A model generated the notes under the pieces. That model was not told the DNA's origin. It saw nothing but the letters and a program-made list of their open reading frames with translations, and ran no database searches. Position numbers and translations under genes: made by a program. From NCBI GenBank assembly GCA_965279375.1, contig OZ257156.1:800001-864000 (forward strand): a stretch of 64,000 nt of DNA. Reading direction: 5' to 3'. Positions 58,430-64,000 of this stretch are shown here, one piece after another (position 1 is the stretch's first letter; each line of letters starts with the position of its first letter). Origin of the DNA: Gemmatimonas sp. (GTDB lineage: Bacteria; Gemmatimonadota; Gemmatimonadetes; Gemmatimonadales; Gemmatimonadaceae).

Positions 58430-60748
58430 TTACGCAGCTTCCGTCTTTCGCGATAGCCCCGCCAGCAGCCCAGCCGTTGCCCAGAACGCGAACGAGGCGC
58501 CCAACGATAGCTCCAGCAGCACCGCCGCTCCGGCGTCGGCTTCGAGCGCGGCGCCCTTGGTGAGCTCCAGTTGACGTGCGATCAGCTGCTGCTTCGCGAA
58601 GTGCAGCGCGGTAATGGCGCGAACCTCGCGGTCGTACCGGAAGGGCCGACGGTTCAGCTGTCGGTCCAGCGCACTCTTGGGCTGCGACGCCGGGATGCCC
58701 GCGGCGTATCGCGCGTGCACTAGATCACCAAGATGTCTCAGACGAGCGTTCCACCAGAAGAGCACACCCTGCAGCATGAGGCCGTCGCCGGAGAAACCCT
58801 CGTCCAGGTCTCGGCGCTCGTTCTCCTGCATCCAGCTGCCGAGCGTGGTGTCGGGAGGAGCAGTACGTGCGAAGGCCACGACGACTGCCATGGCGCGCTC
58901 GGTCCGAGTGAACACACGGCCACTCATTGCCAGCGAGAGCAGTGCAACGTCATCAAGCTCGCGCGCGCCGACTGGAAGGCGCGATGTCGCCTGATCTGCG
59001 ATGGACGCTGCGTCAGCCGCAGGCGGATTCCGCCAGCGGTATACGTTCACCAGACTCACCGCGCTCGCATCGACGCTATCCAGCAGCGCGGAGGACCAGC
59101 CGCCCAACGGCTCAGGAGTCGCGCGTATCGCCTCTGAGAGCGCGTTGATCGAATCTGTGGAGACCGAGCTGAAAGTTCGCGCGCGCTCGCACCACCGCGT
59201 GATGTCACGATGCAGCGTATCGATCACGGCAGACCCAGTCTGGAGACAGAGCCGCGTGAGCGCCTCGGTGTATACGCTGTCGAGCGCTTGGTCCACGGCA
59301 TGCGTCGCCGTGTCCACGGTTGCCGCACTCGCGTCTGGGGACAGGTTATGCACCGGCGCAACGACGGCGGCCACGGCGCTGCTGATCGTCGAGTCTCTGG
59401 CCCATTCGGACACGGCCCGATAGCCGCGCTCTACTCGCGCTTCCTCGCCGCCTTTGAGCGGCGTGGACTGCAGCAGCGCGGCCTCCTTGAACGTGGCGAG
59501 AAATGAAAGCCGCTGCAGCAGACTGCTCCCTTCGAACGCGGACACCGCCAACGTCAGCGCCACCAGCGGCCAGAACTTCACCACATCGGCGCCGCGCCAG
59601 AAAAGCCACGCCGTCACCAGCAGCGCGAGCACCAACGACGCCACGAAGAGCGGCACCGGCGGCTGCGACAGCTTCCCCCACGTCACGAACACCAGCAGCA
59701 TCGCGACGGCAAACGACACGATCCCCCACACGCGAGGGAATCGCGATGGCGCGCGCAGGACCGGCGTCGCCACCGACAACACCACCAGCGGTGCCAGCCA
59801 GGTCAGGGTCGTCGCGGTGACGATATGCACCAGGCGTCCCATCTGCGTCGGGCTCGTTGCGAAGGGGCCGAGCGCAATCAGACCGAGCGCGAGGGAGAGT
59901 GTGACCGTCACCATGCCACTCTGTGATCGCCGCAATCGGCGCACGAGGATCGTGAGCATCACCGCCACCACGATCAGCAGCGCCACACCACCCCAGCGTC
60001 CTAGATGCGCCAACTGCTCCAGCGCTGACGCCATGACGATGGTCACGGGCCCCAGTGGATTTCCCGTGCCTGCGCCCTGCTCCGGCATCAACGTGTTGAA
60101 CGCCGGCGCATAGTCCTGCGGACGTGTGAGCAGCACCCAAATGGTCAGCGCGATGCGCGCGAGAATCACGTACGCAAGCGCAATCGCTGCGACCAGCACG
60201 AGTCCGCGCAACACTCGGCGGAGCGGCATGACGATCGACTGCAGCAACGGCGTGCGAGCAGTCGTCTGGTCCAGCGACACCGCGAGATCAACGTCGGTGT
60301 CGTACAGCATTCCCCACGCAGCAGCGGCACCAAGCACGGCCCACAGTCCGGCAAAAATCAGCAGCTGCCAGATTATATCGATGCCGTCCGCAATACCCGA
60401 AACAAAGAGTTCACTGACAAACTTCTCCGCCTCGCCGCCCGCGAGCAGCTTCACCACCTGTTCCGCGCCGGACACATACACCTCGAACACCGCCAACAAT
60501 ACGAGCAAGCCGAGTACGCGCCCGGGATCGATTGCCCCGCCGTGCGCGTGTCCCTCCGCGCGCTCGCGCACGGCTTCGATCATGTAGCTGGTGATGGACG
60601 CAGCCAGCAGACCGAGAAGAAACGTGACGGGTGACGCGTGCTTCGCCTGTGTTTCTTCACGCACCAGAACGAACGCAGCGAATCCCATCGCCACGCCGAA
60701 CGCGCCCATCAGGGCGGGAAAGGTGCGCGGCGATGAGGCGGGCTTCAC
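58430..60748 (-). CDS. Hypothetical polytopic membrane protein
   Basis: About a dozen hydrophobic segments, then a soluble helical region and a final TM helix; start GTG 60748 or ATG 60709. Confidence 0.7.
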   Translation of the reverse strand: MKPASSPRTFPALMGAFGVAMGFAAFVLVREETQAKHASPVTFLLGLLAASITSYMIEAVRERAEGHAHGGAIDPGRVLGLLVLLAVFEVYVSGAEQVVKLLAGGEAEKFVSELFVSGIADGIDIIWQLLIFAGLWAVLGAAAAWGMLYDTDVDLAVSLDQTTARTPLLQSIVMPLRRVLRGLVLVAAIALAYVILARIALTIWVLLTRPQDYAPAFNTLMPEQGAGTGNPLGPVTIVMASALEQLAHLGRWGGVALLIVVAVMLTILVRRLRRSQSGMVTVTLSLALGLIALGPFATSPTQMGRLVHIVTATTLTWLAPLVVLSVATPVLRAPSRFPRVWGIVSFAVAMLLVFVTWGKLSQPPVPLFVASLVLALLVTAWLFWRGADVVKFWPLVALTLAVSAFEGSSLLQRLSFLATFKEAALLQSTPLKGGEEARVERGYRAVSEWARDSTISSAVAAVVAPVHNLSPDASAATVDTATHAVDQALDSVYTEALTRLCLQTGSAVIDTLHRDITRWCERARTFSSVSTDSINALSEAIRATPEPLGGWSSALLDSVDASAVSLVNVYRWRNPPAADAASIADQATSRLPVGARELDDVALLSLAMSGRVFTRTERAMAVVVAFARTAPPDTTLGSWMQENERRDLDEGFSGDGLMLQGVLFWWNARLRHLGDLVHARYAAGIPASQPKSALDRQLNRRPFRYDREVRAITALHFAKQQLIARQLELTKGAALEADAGAAVLLELSLGASFAFWATAGLLAGLSRKTEAA

Positions 60749-60753
60749 CGGCG

Positions 60754-62331
60754 TTACGGAACGACTTTCGTGATGTTGAACAGGCTGTTGGTCCGCCACG
60801 CCGGTCGCGTCGCGCGATTCGCAACGCGCAGTGCCAACTCAGCGTACATCGCGTTGAACGCCGCCGCCGTCTCGAAGTTCACCGGCTGCGACGTATCGTC
60901 ACTCAGCTTGTGGTAGTGATCGCGCACCCAGTTGGTCCACGTCGTCGCGTCGGGCGTGCCGAGCGTGTAGCCAACCTTGAACGCGAGAGCTGGAATGCCC
61001 TGACGAATGAAGCTGTACTGATCGCTGCGCACGAAGCGATTCTCCTGCGGCTCCGCGTCCGGCATCACCTTGAGACCACGCGCGATCATCACCGCATCGA
61101 GATCGTCAGCAAGGTCCGACTCCTCGTAGCCGTAGGCGAACACGCCCTTGAGCGGAATCAGCGGGAGGAACATGTCCGTGTTGAGGTTGGCCACGATCTC
61201 GCCATTCTTGATCGACGGGTGCGCGGCGAAGTAGCGCGATCCCAGCAGTCCCTTCTCTTCCGCGGTCACCGCCACGAACGCCAGCGTGCGCTTGTTGCCG
61301 CCGCGCGCCGCAGCGAGTCGCGCCGTTTCGATCAGCGTCGCCGCGCCCGATGCGTTGTCCATCGCGCCGTTGAAGATGCTGTCGCCGGTGAGCGCAGGTC
61401 CCTTGAACGTGCCCACGTGATCGGAGTGCGCAGAGAAGACCACTACCTGATTGCGCAGCACCGGATCGGTGCCAGGCAGAATGCCCACCACATTCGGCGA
61501 CGTGAGCGCCTGCCGTACGGTGGGAATCACAGCACGCAACGAGCCCGTAAGCGGTGCAGCCGGTAGCGGATCGCCGCGCTTGGCGATGGCGAGCACGCTA
61601 TCCCAGACGATGCTGCTCCCCGCGAACAATCGAGCGGCGAGCGCCGGATTCATCGTGCCAGCAATGCGCTGGCCACGCGTATCATCCAACGTCGTGTCGG
61701 CCAGCGTGACGGTGGCGCCGCTGCGGTCAGTGACGTTGTCCGCCCACGCGTTGCCCGCCGCCACCGAGATGATCCCCACCGCGCCGGCGCGTCGCATGCT
61801 CTCCCACCGGGACCGAGAACCATGCGCCTGCAGCGTGGGACTCAGCCCCTTGGGCACGCCATTCACGTGCAGCACGATCTTTCCACGCAGGTCGAGCCCC
61901 GCCAGCTCATCGATGCCCGCCTGCGGCAACGTGAGCCCGTAACCCACGAATACGATCGGCGCGCTGACATCGCCGGTGGATGGACGCGCGGTCAGTCGCA
62001 GATCACGGCCCAGCGTGAGCGGTGCCCATGCATCGCCTTCGCGCAGTGCCAGCGTCACGCGCTCCGTATCGAGTCGCGTGCTGACGAAACTCACTCGCTG
62101 AAAGAAGCCGTCAGTTCCCGCGGGCTTGAGCCCGGCCTGTTTGAACTGGTCGGCGATGTAGCGCGTCGCGCTCTCGTGGCCAGGACTGCCCGTGTCCCGG
62201 CCCTTGAGCGAATCGTCGGCCAACACCTGCACGTGGCGCCACCACCCTTCTGCGGGCGACTGCGCGGTGAGTAACGACGGCGCTGCGGCAACGGCCAGCA
62301 GCGCGGCAAGGAACGACGTGTATGTGCGCAT
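60754..62331 (-). CDS. M28 family aminopeptidase with PA domain
   Basis: ATG 62331, signal peptide; GRDTGSPG, SAHSDH, NGAMDNASG, AEEKGLLGS, RSDQYSF, YH..SD. Confidence 0.93.
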   Translation of the reverse strand: MRTYTSFLAALLAVAAAPSLLTAQSPAEGWWRHVQVLADDSLKGRDTGSPGHESATRYIADQFKQAGLKPAGTDGFFQRVSFVSTRLDTERVTLALREGDAWAPLTLGRDLRLTARPSTGDVSAPIVFVGYGLTLPQAGIDELAGLDLRGKIVLHVNGVPKGLSPTLQAHGSRSRWESMRRAGAVGIISVAAGNAWADNVTDRSGATVTLADTTLDDTRGQRIAGTMNPALAARLFAGSSIVWDSVLAIAKRGDPLPAAPLTGSLRAVIPTVRQALTSPNVVGILPGTDPVLRNQVVVFSAHSDHVGTFKGPALTGDSIFNGAMDNASGAATLIETARLAAARGGNKRTLAFVAVTAEEKGLLGSRYFAAHPSIKNGEIVANLNTDMFLPLIPLKGVFAYGYEESDLADDLDAVMIARGLKVMPDAEPQENRFVRSDQYSFIRQGIPALAFKVGYTLGTPDATTWTNWVRDHYHKLSDDTSQPVNFETAAAFNAMYAELALRVANRATRPAWRTNSLFNITKVVP

Positions 62332-62368
62332 ACGCAGAATTGGCACGCCGCGAGAACCGCTCGCAAGA

Positions 62369-64000
62369 TCAGCCGTTGCCGCGCACCCCGCCGGCGTTCC
62401 GCGTCTTCCAGCCAGCCAGCTGCTGTCCAACGGGCAACTCCCGCACGCGAACTCCGGTCGCGGCGAATATCGCATTCGCGATCGCGCCACCTGCCGGCGG
62501 CACACCCGGTTCGCCAATGCCGCCCGGTAAGCCTTCGCTGGGCACGAGGTGCACATCCACCACATGCGGCGCGGCGCGCATACGTGTCACCGTGTAGTCA
62601 CGGAAGTTCGACTGCACCGCCTTGCCGTCGGCGAAATTCATCTCGCTCGAGAGCACGTTGCTCATCGCCATGATCAGCGCGCCCTCCATCTGCGACTTGG
62701 CGCGATCCGGATTGGCAATGAAGCCGGCATCCACCGCCACCGTGGTGCGCGGCACCAGCACAGTACCGTCTGGTGCAACGTCAACCTCGACGACCATCGC
62801 CACATACGACAGAAAGCTGCGGTGAATCGCGATGCCGCGTCCCTTGCCACGTGGCAACGCTGCGCCGCGCCATCCGCTCTTCTCGATAGCCAACTCCACC
62901 ACTCGGCGCGCACGCGCTGTATCCAGCGGATGATCGGTCCAGGTTGCGCCGTAGTTGCTCGCCGGCGCAACCAGTCCTGCCTTGGACAGATCCACCACGC
63001 GATCGCGCCCGATCAGCGACAGCAGAAAGTCGGCGGAGTCCTTGCCCGCAGCGTTCGCCAACTCGTCCACGAATGAACCGATCGCGAAGCCGTGATGAAT
63101 CGCGTTCACGCTCCGATACCAGCCGATACGCGTGCGCGCGACCGCCGGACAGATCTCGATGCTCATGTTCGGAATGTCGAACGGGATGTCGCTCGCACCG
63201 TTCGTGAGCTCGTCCGGCTCAGCACCGGTCACATTAGGCGCAAAGGTCGCGCCAATGGCGGGATATGCCGAACGATGCAGCCATGACGTGACGTTGCCTT
63301 TCGCATCGAGTCCTGCCTCGAGTCGATGCCCGGCGACGGAGTGCAGATACGAGTTCCGCAGATCGTCTTCGCGCGTCCACTGCACGCGAACCGGCGCACC
63401 CGCTTCGCGCGAGAGAAATGCGGCCTCGCAGATGAAGTCAGGCTTGGACTTTCTCCCAAAGCCTCCGCCCAGCAACGTCACGTTCACCTTCACGTTGGCG
63501 ACGTCCAGCTTGAGGTACTCCGCGACGGTCTTGCGCGCATCCATCGGCGACTGCGTCGGCGCCCACACTTCCACTTTACCGTTCGCGACGTTCGCAAGCG
63601 CGGCCACGGGCTCCATCTGCGCGTGCGCCAGGTGCGGCATGTAGTACTCGGCGGTCACACGCTTGGACGCCGCTGCCATCGCCTTGGGCACGTTGCCAGT
63701 CGCTCGCCCTGCCTTGCCCGGCTTCCGCACCGCGGCGTAGAGCGACGCCTTGTATGCCTTGCTCTCGTACGTGGCATTGGGTCCGCCACTCCACGTGATC
63801 TTGAGCGCATCGCGCCCCTTGATCGCGGCCCACGTGTTCTTCGCGACAACTGCCACGCCACCCAACGGCAGAAACGCGCCCGGCAGCGGCGACTCGGGGA
63901 TGCGAATCACACGCTCCACACCCGGCACCTTGAGCGCGAGCGAATCATCCACGCTCACCACCTTGCCTCCCCACACCGGCGGACGAGCGATCACCGCCAC
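62369..64000 (-). CDS. Xanthine dehydrogenase family molybdopterin-binding subunit (isoquinoline 1-oxidoreductase beta-like), 5' truncated
   Basis: HAQMEP, LLGGGFGRK, QWTREDD, GWYRSV, QMEG, GGIGEPG, NAIFAATG.R.RELP. Confidence 0.92.
   Translation of the reverse strand: MAVIARPPVWGGKVVSVDDSLALKVPGVERVIRIPESPLPGAFLPLGGVAVVAKNTWAAIKGRDALKITWSGGPNATYESKAYKASLYAAVRKPGKAGRATGNVPKAMAAASKRVTAEYYMPHLAHAQMEPVAALANVANGKVEVWAPTQSPMDARKTVAEYLKLDVANVKVNVTLLGGGFGRKSKPDFICEAAFLSREAGAPVRVQWTREDDLRNSYLHSVAGHRLEAGLDAKGNVTSWLHRSAYPAIGATFAPNVTGAEPDELTNGASDIPFDIPNMSIEICPAVARTRIGWYRSVNAIHHGFAIGSFVDELANAAGKDSADFLLSLIGRDRVVDLSKAGLVAPASNYGATWTDHPLDTARARRVVELAIEKSGWRGAALPRGKGRGIAIHRSFLSYVAMVVEVDVAPDGTVLVPRTTVAVDAGFIANPDRAKSQMEGALIMAMSNVLSSEMNFADGKAVQSNFRDYTVTRMRAAPHVVDVHLVPSEGLPGGIGEPGVPPAGGAIANAIFAATGVRVRELPVGQQLAGWKTRNAGGVRGNG

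Overview
High-GC bacterial chromosomal window. The gene mix (SusC/SusD pair, EcxA-type zinc-metalloprotease lipoproteins, PEP-CTERM protein, Hanks kinase, Uma2 nuclease) suggests Gemmatimonadota; this is an inference. No rRNA, tRNA, CRISPR array, integrase or transposase was recognised. The dominant unexplained feature is a ~21 kb minus-strand operon (1923-22897) of six translationally coupled genes. None has a signal peptide. It is built around a 3295-aa DUF6603 protein and ends in a BNR beta-propeller, and is a candidate uncharacterised multi-subunit system. A second candidate is a ~5.4 kb cassette (PEP-CTERM protein, ECF sigma, membrane anti-sigma, exported TPR-CHAT caspase-like protease, hidden 28-aa membrane peptide) that splits the ligase-associated DNA damage response cluster. 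The rest comprises tandem zinc metalloproteases flanking a sigma-28-driven chemoreceptor next to SusCD, plus hydrolases and peptidases, pirin, a peptidoglycan amidase lacking its Zn-ligand Cys, and a partial molybdopterin oxidoreductase. Several structured or repeated intergenic elements are also present. All family calls come from motifs recognised by eye; no searches were run.
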